From the NCBI GenBank assembly GCA_004764695.1, contig SMSO01000035.1, positions 2,728,001 to 2,792,000 of the forward strand: a DNA stretch of 64,000 nt, written 5' to 3'. The translations under genes were made by a program, and so were the position numbers. Positions 12,289 through 24,387 of the stretch are shown here, piece after piece. The DNA is from Schizochytrium sp. TIO01. Taxonomy: Eukaryota > Protista > Bigyra: Labyrinthulomycetes. Below the pieces are notes generated by a model that saw nothing but the letters and a program-made list of their open reading frames with translations, did no database searches and had not been told where the DNA came from. Each line of letters starts with the position of its first letter. The stretch's first letter is position 1.

Positions 12289-14019
12289 GGTACCTTAAAT
12301 GAAAAGCCTAAGCCTGCAGAACTGTAAGCGAGGAATCAAAGATGTCTTTAATGAGCAGCTTGTTGTCAGACGGTGTCTTTCGCAGACTTATATGCAGGAA
12401 CAAACAATCTCACAGAGGAGATCTTCGATTCGTTCGATTCTTGGATTTCAACAAATGTGAGCACTTATAAATTTGAATAAATCTCAAGAAACTGCGAAAT
12501 CATGCAACTACGAGATCGCACGACCACCAGCAACAAAATCCAAAGGTCACTAGCAAAGAGCGACAAAGGGAAGAAGCTAGCCAGCAGGCTTGGCAAGATC
12601 GAGATCAAGCCTCAAAAGAGTGAGAGCCCACGGAGCTCCGAGCTCGATGAACTGCTAAAAAATGCGAAGAGAAAAAGAAAGGGCCAATGTGCTTTCTCGC
12701 CAGCACAGCGCCTCTCACTCCGCGCGAGCTCAGCGCCCAGGTTGCAAAGGGGAGGGCGCAAGGTGCCGCCAAGGGATTGAGGAGGAGTTCAGAAAGACGC
12801 CTCGAGGCGTGGGCAGAGACAGCGAAGGTATAGAGGCGTGAGGCCGACAGAGCCGCGCAGGTTGCGAGAATGGGCGCCTTTGCTACTTGGACAAAAAGGC
12901 AAATCTATCTGCCTCGTAGCTCTAGTTCCAAACAAAATTCGTTCCTTTCTTCCCCCAGAACGGATGCCCCCAAGTCTTACTCACCTCACTAGCCACACGT
13001 TCTTTCCGTTCTCGTTCACTTTCCCTGCGCATCTGCTGCCAACACTGGTATATGTGTGTTCTTTGCCGTTCCAGTTCTGTATTCCCGTTCCCCCATGCTT
13101 TGAACAGAACAGAACGGGTCTGCGAGCCCTCTTTTCCTTCGTGTGTTTACTCATGATATTCCTTAGATAGATAGGTAGATTGATATTGATGCAAAGACGA
13201 TAATGTTGCCTCATGATCAATTCTCGTGTTCACTGCTTGGGGTTGAAGCGCCATGAGAAGCAGTGGAGGGCTTAGACCACGGTGGAAAACGTAGAGAAGA
13301 GATAACTGTGCTTAATGCGCTTGATGGAATAGAGTCACGAATGCCACCAGACCAGATCACCCCACTCGATGGGGATGCACAATCGTCAGTGCACAACTCT
13401 AGCCTGGAAAGAACTAATTTGTAAACCTGTATGTAGAACATATTCACAACTGAAACCATCGCCGAAGCAGCCCGAAAGAAAAACCTTTCTGTACAGGCGA
13501 GCTATGTGCGGTAATAAAATAATGGCGTGGTCCCTGCCGAAGGGTGATTCTGCAATTCAACGTGAATGCATCATTCACAAGGAATTTACTGTCGAACTGA
13601 GTTTCTGTTGCTGCTGCTGCATTCATTCACCCACATAAGGTCTACTTAGCGCCTTGTAGAGAGAATAATGATTACATTTTCCATCTCTTTTGCTTTACAG
13701 CAACAGGTATCAAGGCCTAGATAGTGCTAGGCCTACTAGCTAGTTAGTACGAGGAAGAAGACAAAAAAGCACGCACAAGCAAGCAAGCAAAGCAAACAAA
13801 CAAACAAACATCAAGGCCATCATCGAACAAAACTGCAATCGCTGAGCATCGCGTCGTGAATGCTCGGGACCTGAAATCATCAATACTCGGGAGAACCTGG
13901 CTTGCATGCAACTGACCGGAACTCTGCTGAGGTCCTTGTGAGCTGGGACTGATACCACCAGGTGTAGAATATACTTTTCTTGACAGCACAGTCTGGCTAG
14001 GGCGTGAAGACCTCCAGAA

Positions 14020-16629
14020 ATGCCGCCCAGCGAGGGTCTTGGTGCTGTTGCGCAGCAGTCGGGTGATTTGCACAGGTTAGAAACTGTAGGCCATGGAGAC
14101 GGAGTCTGCGAGGCAGAAGAGATTGTAGATACCATCCTGAACAAAAATCAAGTGGAGGGTCAAAATGAACATCAAGCTCAGGATAACGTGAAGGCCCAGG
14201 ACCAAGTCCCAGACCCAGTCAAGCAACATCAACAACTCCAAGACGCCAAAACCCAAGTTGAGTCTGAAACTCAGCATGAGAATACGACTCAAGATGGGAT
14301 GGAAATTCTATCGGAGAGCTCACCTGCCGCGAATCCTGAAAATGGAGCTGATGATTCGCAGCTCAGGCAAGACGATGTGCAGCACCAGCCTGACATGATG
14401 CAAGTTGTGAATAGCGATGTCGAAGTTGAAGTCGGAGTGGCAAATGACGTTGAGATACAAGCTCTGGCGTACTCTAATACAGAAAACAAGTCAACCTTGC
14501 AAATTAGTGTGAATGAAAGTGATGGAGACTTGCCTGAGAACGCTATCACAAAGCCAATAAATGAAGAGAATTCAACTGAAGAAGCATCCTCAAACAAGTC
14601 TTTGGGCACAAGTGGTGACAATGTTGAGGAGTTGAGTGCCCAATTACAAGTGGTAAACAAGCAAAATCAACAAAAGACGGTAGACGCGGAATCTACTACA
14701 GTAGAAAGTGCAGAACATCAGGATGAGCTTGGAATTACATCCAATTCGTCAACTGATGAACTTATTACTATCAAAGGCATATCTGGAGAAGAGCAACAGG
14801 TACGAGACAGCGATGAACCAAGGCAGCTCAATATGTCTGCTTCAACTGGAGAAGAGCATAACTTGAATGAATCGCAGGTTTCCCAGCACAGCTCTAGTGA
14901 GGAGGAAGACGGATCTGAGTCTCTACAAAGCGATGAAGTATATGCTGTCCCACTTCCATTGGATGAATCAATTGACGATGCGGCCATCGCGATGTTATTA
15001 GCGCAAGATGAGCAAGACTCTTCTAGTACGTCTGCATCTCGAGAAGAAAGCATGAAACGCCGTCACCGCGCCGATATGCAAGACGAAGCGGAGCTAGTGT
15101 TACTACGGGCTCTCCTTGCAGCGGAACAAGCCAAGGATGTGAACCAAATTAACTTATCTCAAGGTAAAATTCTCACTACTGAAATGGAAGGCTATGAGGA
15201 TGATGCTGAGAACTTCTCTGTGCCCAGTGATCCCGAAGATGATTTCTGGCGTCGCTCTGGTCTTTTAGATGTAGAGGAGGATGAGGTCGACAATACCGAT
15301 AATTCAGTCGAATATCAGTACACCAAATCATCTACTTTCGTTGCGGTCCCAAAATCAACTGATCAAGCAAATGAAAGTCCATCCACTTTTACCAGTCAAC
15401 AAGTGTCCGAAACCCAGCAACAGAGTGTGTCTCAGCAAACGGAAGCTTCTGACGCGGCCTCGAGTGGGTGGTCTTTCAGCCGAGGTATTGCACGAGCTCG
15501 TGCTCTTGCATCAGGGTCCGCGCGTGCAACGCCTCGTGACAAGGCCGATGAGCAAGGTTTTACCGAGGAGGAAATGCTTACCATTCTGGGTACAGAGGTT
15601 GAAGAAGATTACATTGCTCGATTTAAAGTTATGCTAGAACAAAAGCTTGGTGCCGATTTTTTCTTCGAGCATGATGATCTTGCTTCTAATCTTGATTTTT
15701 GGGCACGCGCGTGTCTTCGTGCAAGGCGCTTTCGGGTGGCGCGTGCTGTCGAACTCATGCGTCGATACGCAGAATGCAAAGTGGAGATTGAGACACAGAT
15801 TGACTCCGACAAGATGCGCGTTCGCGAATTACTGACTTCGGGCGTTTTATGTTTCCTAGGTGGTGCTCGCTGTCGTGAGGGGCGCGGAATTTTGGTCTTG
15901 AGAATGGGACTACACGACCCGCGCAAATTTCAAGCTACAGATTTGCTTGCTGCTGCACACGAGACCATTATTCATGCTATCGAAAAGTACCCTCGTTTAC
16001 AAGCTGTTGGCTTCACCATAATCAATGACATGACGGGCGCGACATCACGCAACTTTGATTCCAAGGTACCAAAGCTTTTGAGCAGAACCATTGAGTCTAG
16101 GCTACCTCTCCGCTATGGACGAGTGATTGTGGTTAACCCACCATCCTTCTTCTCTGCCGTGTTCCGTGTTGTGTCATTCTTTTTGAGTGCTAAGATGCGG
16201 AAGCGAATGATCCGTGTAAATTACAAGCCTTCTGAGTCGGAGGAGGGTGACGTGCAAACCATCGAAAGTCAGAATGGCGAGGGAGGTCCAACCGATGTTG
16301 CTGCTGAAGTGCACGATACTGTTCTGGAAAACTATATTCTAAAGGAGCATTTGCCAACCTTTCTGGGTGGTAATCGAGTCGTCGACTACGCAGGCTTTGC
16401 CATGCAGCTTGTACCTGACATGTTCAACTATGCCTACTCAAATGACGAAGAAGCTACGCTGGCTCCATTTTCGCCATCATCGCTCTCTATGAACTCTGAT
16501 GCAGACTATGGTGCATCTACAGAGGGTGCTGATTCTGCGAATTCATCTCCTGCAAGCAAAGGCAAGCGATCACCTCGTGAGTATGAGTCACTTGACGAAA
16601 GTCAATTTGTTCACTCTGCTTTTGTCTAA
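14020..16629 (+). CDS. CRAL-TRIO (Sec14/TTP-like) lipid-binding protein with about 500-aa acidic disordered N-terminus
   Basis: CLRARRFRVARAVELM (CRAL-TRIO_N), GFTIINDMTG, LPLRYGRVIVVNPPSFFSAVFRVVSFFLSAKMRKRM, EHLPTFLGG. Confidence 0.88.
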   Translation: MPPSEGLGAVAQQSGDLHRLETVGHGDGVCEAEEIVDTILNKNQVEGQNEHQAQDNVKAQDQVPDPVKQHQQLQDAKTQVESETQHENTTQDGMEILSESSPAANPENGADDSQLRQDDVQHQPDMMQVVNSDVEVEVGVANDVEIQALAYSNTENKSTLQISVNESDGDLPENAITKPINEENSTEEASSNKSLGTSGDNVEELSAQLQVVNKQNQQKTVDAESTTVESAEHQDELGITSNSSTDELITIKGISGEEQQVRDSDEPRQLNMSASTGEEHNLNESQVSQHSSSEEEDGSESLQSDEVYAVPLPLDESIDDAAIAMLLAQDEQDSSSTSASREESMKRRHRADMQDEAELVLLRALLAAEQAKDVNQINLSQGKILTTEMEGYEDDAENFSVPSDPEDDFWRRSGLLDVEEDEVDNTDNSVEYQYTKSSTFVAVPKSTDQANESPSTFTSQQVSETQQQSVSQQTEASDAASSGWSFSRGIARARALASGSARATPRDKADEQGFTEEEMLTILGTEVEEDYIARFKVMLEQKLGADFFFEHDDLASNLDFWARACLRARRFRVARAVELMRRYAECKVEIETQIDSDKMRVRELLTSGVLCFLGGARCREGRGILVLRMGLHDPRKFQATDLLAAAHETIIHAIEKYPRLQAVGFTIINDMTGATSRNFDSKVPKLLSRTIESRLPLRYGRVIVVNPPSFFSAVFRVVSFFLSAKMRKRMIRVNYKPSESEEGDVQTIESQNGEGGPTDVAAEVHDTVLENYILKEHLPTFLGGNRVVDYAGFAMQLVPDMFNYAYSNDEEATLAPFSPSSLSMNSDADYGASTEGADSANSSPASKGKRSPREYESLDESQFVHSAFV

Positions 16630-19600
16630 GAGCTTTTCTGTTGTTCTGATGTCTGTCTTAGGATTAAGCAAATTTTCGTTTCTCTCCTTGTTTGTTTTCG
16701 TTGAGGTGTCTTCTCACTGCTCTTACAAACACACTCCACCAATTATTATTGTTTTTGTTCGCGCATATAGGTTTTCTATCTTTCAAACCGTAAAGTAGCG
16801 ATGATGCTGCCCATACATTTGTACTATTTAAGCTAACGGATGACTCCTCCCCCTCACTATTCAAAGACAGTTCTTTTAACCTGGGTAAAACCTCAAGCCA
16901 ATCTAGTCACTCATTCAAAAAAAGGTTCCCTATTAAAAGCGAAATTTATCACTGGCAAAAGTTCAAAGCTATTTGTGACAATACAAACTTGCGTGTTCCC
17001 CGACAGTTGTGTTTATTTATCATTTTATTTTTTACATGAGCAAATTGGATTCTGAGGAGAAATCATTTGACAGTCATTATTATATTTTCTGCAACATGCG
17101 CCTGCCTTCAAAAAGTTGAGAATTGCCTGTACCACAAAAAACTCGTCAGGTTCGAATCGGATAACTCGGACTTGTGCACGGCACTTTTGCCAATCTCACG
17201 AGCTGTTTCAGTCTAAATAATCCATTCTGTAATATCATGCTCAGACAGGTAACTTGAACAAAGTAGTCTTCTTTGATGTGCATACCTGGTGAGATATATG
17301 TCTACCCGGATATAACTGAGAACCTATCCAGTTAGCAAGTGAACTACATAAGACTTTTAGTTGGCACTATAAAGTAAGCACTTTGAAGATTGGTCTCCTT
17401 CTCAAATTTAGTAACCTCTCTGCGAAACCACTATGATTTCTCACGCACAATATTTTGAAGCGACATGTTCAGAGTATTTATTAATTAAACGAATGGTGTG
17501 CCAGGTTATGAACTAATAGAAGTCCTTGGTATTGCTGTAGAACTTTCAAGTTTAGATGCGAAATACAAGTGCAAATAAATCTGCGCGTCGTTTTTGTTGC
17601 CATTCGAAATTTGTTTGTGCATCGACCGACCATATTTTTTCTCCAGAGATCAAACTTTAATTAAGTACGTAACTAGTTGGTTCCTATAGGTACTCCTGGG
17701 TTTTCAGGTCTCTCCTTGATCCTCCCCTTTACACTGCGCGTACCACTTGTGGCTCTAGTTGATAATTCAATTGCTAACTATTCTATGACCTTGCACAACA
17801 TGGTTCTTCCATTTCTTCGCACCATCTGAACCGAATAATTCGCAAAGAGCTTCTTTGCACCCAACCAGTTCCATTCGGAAGAGGTTTTCCGGGGACCACC
17901 TCCCTATTTCCTTAAGGAAAAGAGTGACGTTTAGTAGCCTTTATCTTTCTTTTTTAAAAGCATAATGTTATTAACCACAGAGTGAGGTGTCTTGATCATT
18001 CATAGCCCGACTAATTATCGCACGATCAAGGGCCTTGCCCTTCCACCCAATCCACGATGCGCTTTTATCAATTTCTCTTTATTTGCTGACGTGAGGCTAT
18101 GAGCCAAGAGCATATCCGTTTCAGCAAGACTGTCTACTTTGGTTCTCTTCCGCTTGGATGGATGATGTTTTTCAAGTTCCAATCGCGAACCAAACTCGAG
18201 CCATGAGATTATCACGAACTTGAATTTCCCCCCTCCGCTGATATGGATAGCATACTCATAAATCGTGCACAACAATCTCGCCTATTTAAGCTGTCTCCAA
18301 TTAGGCTCAAAACGTCTCGCACGTGAAAAAGAAACCGATGAGCGTGGTGAAAGATAAACACGTACAACTTTCTTCTAAACTATCTTTTGCACACTTGCTA
18401 TCGGTAAGCAGCTTGAACCCGGCGGCTTGCCTTGACCTGGCACTTTTTCTCTTGGGTCCATGGAGTAGTTGAAGAGAGAAAAAGCGCATGATGGTTCGAA
18501 TAAGCAAAGACGACAGATTGAAAGAAGTTCGATGGCTCCACGCGCCTATAAAACTCTTTATATAACCCCCTCTTAGTAGCTGCTAATCCTTCGTAACAAT
18601 ACTATCACGGGGGTATTAAAAGATTTTATTATTGACAGGCTTGATGTGTCAAGGAAAATGGGGCGTTTGTGCACGCGCGTGCGGAAGAAGTTGAAGGGTT
18701 TTTGCACACAAAGTATTCCATGGGGCCAGCCTCAACTTGAGTGCCCACCATCATAATGTTGAGACTGGGGAGGAGGACTCAGCTAGACGACTGAAGCAGT
18801 ATGTTCAGCTTAGAGTGTGGCAGTGCCATGGAAAGTCGCGAGATCCTAATAAGGGTTGTCACGCGCGGTCCGAGTAAGCTTTTTATGATTTTTGGCCGTC
18901 TCCTTAGCACGTCAACCAGCTCTCTGCTCATAAGGTATAGTCTAGACCAAGCTTAACACTCCATAATTCGAAGTTGACTTATTACAATTCACAGAGTGCA
19001 CAGAGATATGAAAGCATGCTGCTGCCACTACATTAAGAGGTAGGTATTGTGTATATAGTACTTTAGCAAATAATTTGGTGCTGGTAGGCTTCCAAGCAAG
19101 CGTTTTGATCAATAGTTGATGAGTCTCATTACTGTGCGTTGTTTCTCTTGCTTAAAATAGATAACTCTGACTATACTCAAGTTGTATTTTTCAATTCCAA
19201 CATTCAAATGAGGGTGCAATAAGAGTAGCTATCGATGCTCTAGCTGGGTTTGAAGGAAGAGCTGGCCTACCAATTTACACCTAGACAGGTAATCTTGCCT
19301 AGTGTTTATCCTCCGAGGTGCAAAGGCCAAGTTTCCATCACCTTCATTGAACTCACACAGTTTCCATAGCAGCACTTAGCCCCTGATACCTTGCGGACTC
19401 GAATTATGTCGAGTGGTATTCTAGGCGAATTATTTGTTGGATGCAGAAGATGTGTCTTGCTGTTTATCGCGATTCGAGATAGCACCAGTGCCTAGTTGAT
19501 GAATAAGGGGCATTTCACTCTGTATTTCGTTTTGTTTATTGAATAATTCACGTGATGGTATTTCTAGATGTCATGCCACAACGTGGAAGACCTTGCAGAA

Positions 19601-20360
19601 GTTATAGCTACCTACTACAATAGCTGATAGAATACGCTGGTTGATGTCTGCGCGTGCAGAGGCCTCCCGTCTATTCTCTTGCCACACGGCCACGACGGGA
19701 AGAGGATCTTTCAAAAGGTTGCTAGCTCCTTCTTCATTTTTTTTAATGTAAATTAAAAATAATTGAAAAAGCACGTGTGTCTGTCTTTCCAAGTTTGTCT
19801 GACGTACGAGCTGAGCAAAGACGCACTCACATCGAGGCGAAATGGACTTGAGTTGAACAGATCTGAACTGGATATTTAACAGTCTAGTGAACCATGCGAA
19901 CAAGAGCTGCGGTCTTAGCTCTAGGCTGCAGCCTCGGAGAGGTTCTCCTTTTGCACAACTCTGTGAAAAGGGCCAAATTAACAAAGCCTTCACGGACTGA
20001 AACAAAGCGCTCATATTAGAGTTAAAATTAAATAACCCTAACATAGCACGACGCGTGAATTATTTTTAAAAGGGGGAAAGCAAAATAATTTTTAAAAAAA
20101 GAGGAAAAGAGCAAAAAGACGTACACAATCTTAGAGGTAATGTTAGGAGCAGAAGAGTACCCACATATAGAAAAGCCCTCATTTAAGTTCCTGAAGAAAA
20201 GAAATTAAGGAAGTGAAAATTGTGGAAAGAAAGGGAAACCACAAATGTGTAAGGAAATGGAGACAGAAAAAAGAACCTCGGGACAGCAAACCTTTAACGC
20301 TATTGAGCACGTGCTCGAGCAGCGGCACGTGAGAGGCTGCTGTTTACTTGCAGAAATATA

Positions 20361-22979
20361 ATGGCGATGATGAAGAAAAGAATCCGGCAAAGCTCATCGG
20401 TCACAAGCAAGTTGTTGGCTACAGTTGCTTTGGTGCTGGCGGCTTCAACCTCTTCTTGGCGCGTGCATGCCACTCTGGTCGATGTCGGGAGCAACGAGAC
20501 CGTGTCAGGCAACGAGACCATCGATGCACTGGAGAACCCGAACTCAACACTCTTCGAAGGAGATATCGTTGTTGACTACGATCGCATTTACTCAGAATAT
20601 GGTGCCTCTGTAGCTGACCGACTGGCAGATAGTGGTGTTGTTGAGCGACCGGCAAGTCGAAGAGAGCTTGACGCCATTACCTCAGACAATTACCTGTGGC
20701 CTCGCGGAGACGATGACATGGTGACTATTCCGTACACCTTTGCCGATGATGCCTTCACTACTGCCGCACAGAGTGCAATTGCAACTTGGGCAGACAACCT
20801 TGCGAGCCAAACCAATTTTTTGAAGTTTGTTGAACGCACAGACGAAACCTCGTATATTCGTTTCATTGCTGGCTCGGGCTGTTATGCTACAGTTGGTTAT
20901 TACTCTGGAGTTAACACCATTTCTTTAGGAAGTGGTTGCTTGATCAAAGGCACCGTGCAACACGAAATTCTCCATTCTTTAGGTTTCTGGCATGAGCAGT
21001 CCCGGGAGGACCGGGACGACTACGTCTATGTCAACTATGACAACATTATTACGTCCATGCAGTATAACTTTGATAAGCGAGCAGCTCGTAGCTTTGGATC
21101 GCCCTATGACTACAGGTCAGTGATGCACTACAGCAAGACAGCTTTTTCCAAGAACGGCAAAAACACCATCACTCCGCTCGAATCTGGCGTAACCATTGGT
21201 CAGCGTACTGGGCTGAGTGAGGGTGACCTTTTGCAGCTCGATATCCTTTATCAAGACCCAGACACTACTTGGTACCCTACGCAACAACCGACGCCACCAA
21301 CAGCATACCCGACCGTGTCGCCAACCATGAATCCGAACACCCCCCCTACAGCTTATCCTACCACTTCTCCAACGTTGTATCCGACACCCAAACCCACCAA
21401 CGCACCTACAACGCACGCACCTACAAAGTTTCCAACCGCGAGACCGACCAACGCGCCAACAGTAAGGCCTACGAAGTACCCTACAATGTTCCCAACCAAG
21501 ACACCCACGACAGGGCCCACAGGGCCCACGCCGAGCCCTACTAAGCCAACCAAGCAACCTACTCCCGCCCCAGTTACACCTACAAAGCAACCTACCCCTG
21601 CCCCAGTTGTACCTACAACTTCCTCTCCTACGACAGCTCCAACCGTGGCACCAACCGCAGTGTGCTCGACGGAGGACGAACAGACCTGGGAGAATGTCCG
21701 CCCAAACGCTCTGAAAGATTACTCAACTTTGCAGTCGTGTGCTCAAAATTGTACCCAAGATGACGATAAAGAGTCTTGCATTGCTGAATGTGTAGAAGGG
21801 TCGGCGGGTTTTACAGAATCGTGCTCCGAGTGCTTTGCAGAATTCGTAATGTGCGTTGAAGATTCGTGCTCCTGTGAATACAACGAAACATCAAACTGTG
21901 GTAGCCAATGCAGTGCCGTGGATGATTGTGATCGCGAGTTTGATACCTGTACAGTCACCCTCACTGCAACTTACTACAACACAGATGAGTCAGGTTCGAG
22001 CAGCACAGCTTCGAGTGATGAAAAGTCTGCATCTATGACGATGATTGGTGCTGTTGCTGGAGTAGGTTGTGCTGTGGCTGGTGTGCTGGCAGTTTCGATC
22101 TTTTTCGTACGTCGTCGTCGTAGCCGCCGTCTCAATCGATCCACAAACCCGCATGGAGGTGACTTTGATGGCGACCATGAGGAGGACAAATCTATGCATG
22201 CTAAGTTGCAAGTTGCACCTTCATTCAAGTTCAATGACCATACAGACAACGATAACCAGCCTGGGGCACCCTCGCGTTTTGCCAATGCCATGCGATCGTT
22301 CCGCTTCACCAAGTCGCCGAGTGCGGAGGGTAGTCTGCCATTTTCCAACCCAACTCCTGCTTCGTCAGGAGCATCGCAGGCGCCATTGTCCCCATTTGCT
22401 GCTGCGGCTGCTGCAGCAAGATCAAGAGGACAACAGAATCAGCCAAAGCAACAGGATGAGTCTGCCCCTACCCCTAGCTCTGGTCCATTTGGTGCATCAC
22501 GGCCTAGGATGTCACTTTTTGCAAGTAAACCCAAGCCTCCTGTCCCAGTTTTTGGTGCAAAGAAAAGTAATGACATTGACAGCAAGCCTCAGCCACCAAC
22601 ACCACCTTTTAGTGCAAGCAGTAACGGCTGGGCTCAGCCAGCCGGTTCTTCTTTTGCTGCAAGCAACAAGAGTCGTGCTCAGCCACCGACTTCGCCATTT
22701 GCGAACTCCCAACCTTTGAAATCTCCTTTCTTTAAGGAACAGCCGGCAAATTCTCCATTTGCAAAGATCAAAACTGCTACCAGCTTCAGCAATGCATCTG
22801 ATGATGGTGCCGAAAAGAAACCTTCGCGATTTGCAAATGCGATGCGTTCAATGCGTCTGACGCGCACCAATGGCAACCAAGCCAATCATCCTGACTTGTC
22901 TCGCATGCAGCTAGCACCTTCGTCGATGGAGCCTCATCGTTTTAAACGTTCCGATAGCCGCGACAGCCTTGACGTTTGA
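20361..22979 (+). CDS. Astacin (M12A) zinc metalloprotease, type I membrane protein: signal peptide, prodomain, catalytic domain, PT-rich stalk, Cys-rich domain, TM, long cytoplasmic tail
   Basis: FEGDI prodomain motif, HEILHSLGFWHEQSREDRD, SVMHY Met-turn, and a hydrophobic segment followed by RRRRSRR. Confidence 0.93.
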   Translation: MAMMKKRIRQSSSVTSKLLATVALVLAASTSSWRVHATLVDVGSNETVSGNETIDALENPNSTLFEGDIVVDYDRIYSEYGASVADRLADSGVVERPASRRELDAITSDNYLWPRGDDDMVTIPYTFADDAFTTAAQSAIATWADNLASQTNFLKFVERTDETSYIRFIAGSGCYATVGYYSGVNTISLGSGCLIKGTVQHEILHSLGFWHEQSREDRDDYVYVNYDNIITSMQYNFDKRAARSFGSPYDYRSVMHYSKTAFSKNGKNTITPLESGVTIGQRTGLSEGDLLQLDILYQDPDTTWYPTQQPTPPTAYPTVSPTMNPNTPPTAYPTTSPTLYPTPKPTNAPTTHAPTKFPTARPTNAPTVRPTKYPTMFPTKTPTTGPTGPTPSPTKPTKQPTPAPVTPTKQPTPAPVVPTTSSPTTAPTVAPTAVCSTEDEQTWENVRPNALKDYSTLQSCAQNCTQDDDKESCIAECVEGSAGFTESCSECFAEFVMCVEDSCSCEYNETSNCGSQCSAVDDCDREFDTCTVTLTATYYNTDESGSSSTASSDEKSASMTMIGAVAGVGCAVAGVLAVSIFFVRRRRSRRLNRSTNPHGGDFDGDHEEDKSMHAKLQVAPSFKFNDHTDNDNQPGAPSRFANAMRSFRFTKSPSAEGSLPFSNPTPASSGASQAPLSPFAAAAAAARSRGQQNQPKQQDESAPTPSSGPFGASRPRMSLFASKPKPPVPVFGAKKSNDIDSKPQPPTPPFSASSNGWAQPAGSSFAASNKSRAQPPTSPFANSQPLKSPFFKEQPANSPFAKIKTATSFSNASDDGAEKKPSRFANAMRSMRLTRTNGNQANHPDLSRMQLAPSSMEPHRFKRSDSRDSLDV

Positions 22980-24387
22980 GCACACTTGCCTCCTTGAGCG
23001 TGAATATGTACCAAAGTGTGGCTTGCGAACATGAACTTAACCATTTTATTTATTGCACAAGAACCAAATGACTGAAATATCATCTCGTGCAATACATTCT
23101 GACATATATGGAGACCATGTAGTAAATACCTCCTCTGAACATCAAGCAGAATCATGAAAAAAAAAATGCACATTCTGCTCGTTTACCTGTGTAACCCTAT
23201 CTTTTTGTCAATTCATTTTCGATGTTTACATTTGCCTCTCTTGTCCTTTGCTTTCTGGGGGTGCATGGCTTCTATTTGACAACTCGCTATTACATAAATG
23301 GCACATCACAAAACCTTGGAATAGAAATATTTTCGAACCAGAAATTCTACTTTTCCCTTTCGCATTCGACTTGTCTTCATTTTCAATCCTATGAAACGCA
23401 GAACTTAAGCTATCTTTGCAAATGCTGGTAGTATCAATGATCATTTTCATTTTTATTGGAATTCTTCCTCTTATGCCTTGAAGTTTTCTTGGTTCTGAAA
23501 ATGGCGAGAAAAACTCAAAATCAAAATTATATACTCAACACGGATCTTCCATGAGTAACCTGAGGCTGCACCGCGACCATCATTGGTGAATAGCAAGCAG
23601 CCTGTTTGGCCCGCCATTCTGCTAGCCAGCCAAGGTGCCCCATGCGGCCAAGCACCTCTTCACAGGCGGCTCGCTAGAGAAATACCCTCGCTCATTCGCA
23701 ATTGTAAACAAAGTTAATCATTAACTACTCTCTAGGTACTAATAGGATGGAAGTTGCCCAAACACACAAGATGGCTGGTAAGCATATAATGATAATATCA
23801 ACCCCAAGGTCATGAAAGAGTGAAGACACACCTGGTCCCACGGAGAACTGGCGTGCGCTCATGATCTGTGGCGTAGAAAACAAGTTCCCGACATAGGTAT
23901 GGCATATCACTACCCCTGCCACTGCCAGTGAACTGGCCCCTATTATCAGTTCTAGTGGTGCTTCATCATACTATCAGAATGGCTATGGGAGAGGATATAG
24001 ATTGCAGTATTTCTGATGTTCAAGCCTTTTTTAGTTGTCCCTTGTTGTAGGAGCGGATCGAGATTTCAAGAGCGACCTTTGGTTCATTAATGGTGTGGTG
24101 AGCACACTGTTCAATTATGGCCACGCGCTATTAATATTGTTGTCGAGCTTCCAGCACGGGCAGTAATGATAGTGTACAGATTTTACTACTGTTTGTTGGT
24201 GATGGTTATACTATATGAGAAACTAGCACACACACACCCCGACACACAAAAATAAGGTTGACTATAATATTGATAGAGCAGAAAGATGCAAACTTGATAG
24301 GGCTTCAAATCCCTAATCTGGATGAGAGTCCAGAAAGTTGAGCCCACTCTCCCCATCTTGCTCCCTCGAAAACCAACTTGAGTCATC

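Noticed and set aside
17149-17158. GGTTCGAATC, resembling a tRNA T-loop/B-box
   Set aside because: No T-stem pairing, acceptor stem or cloverleaf in the flanks.
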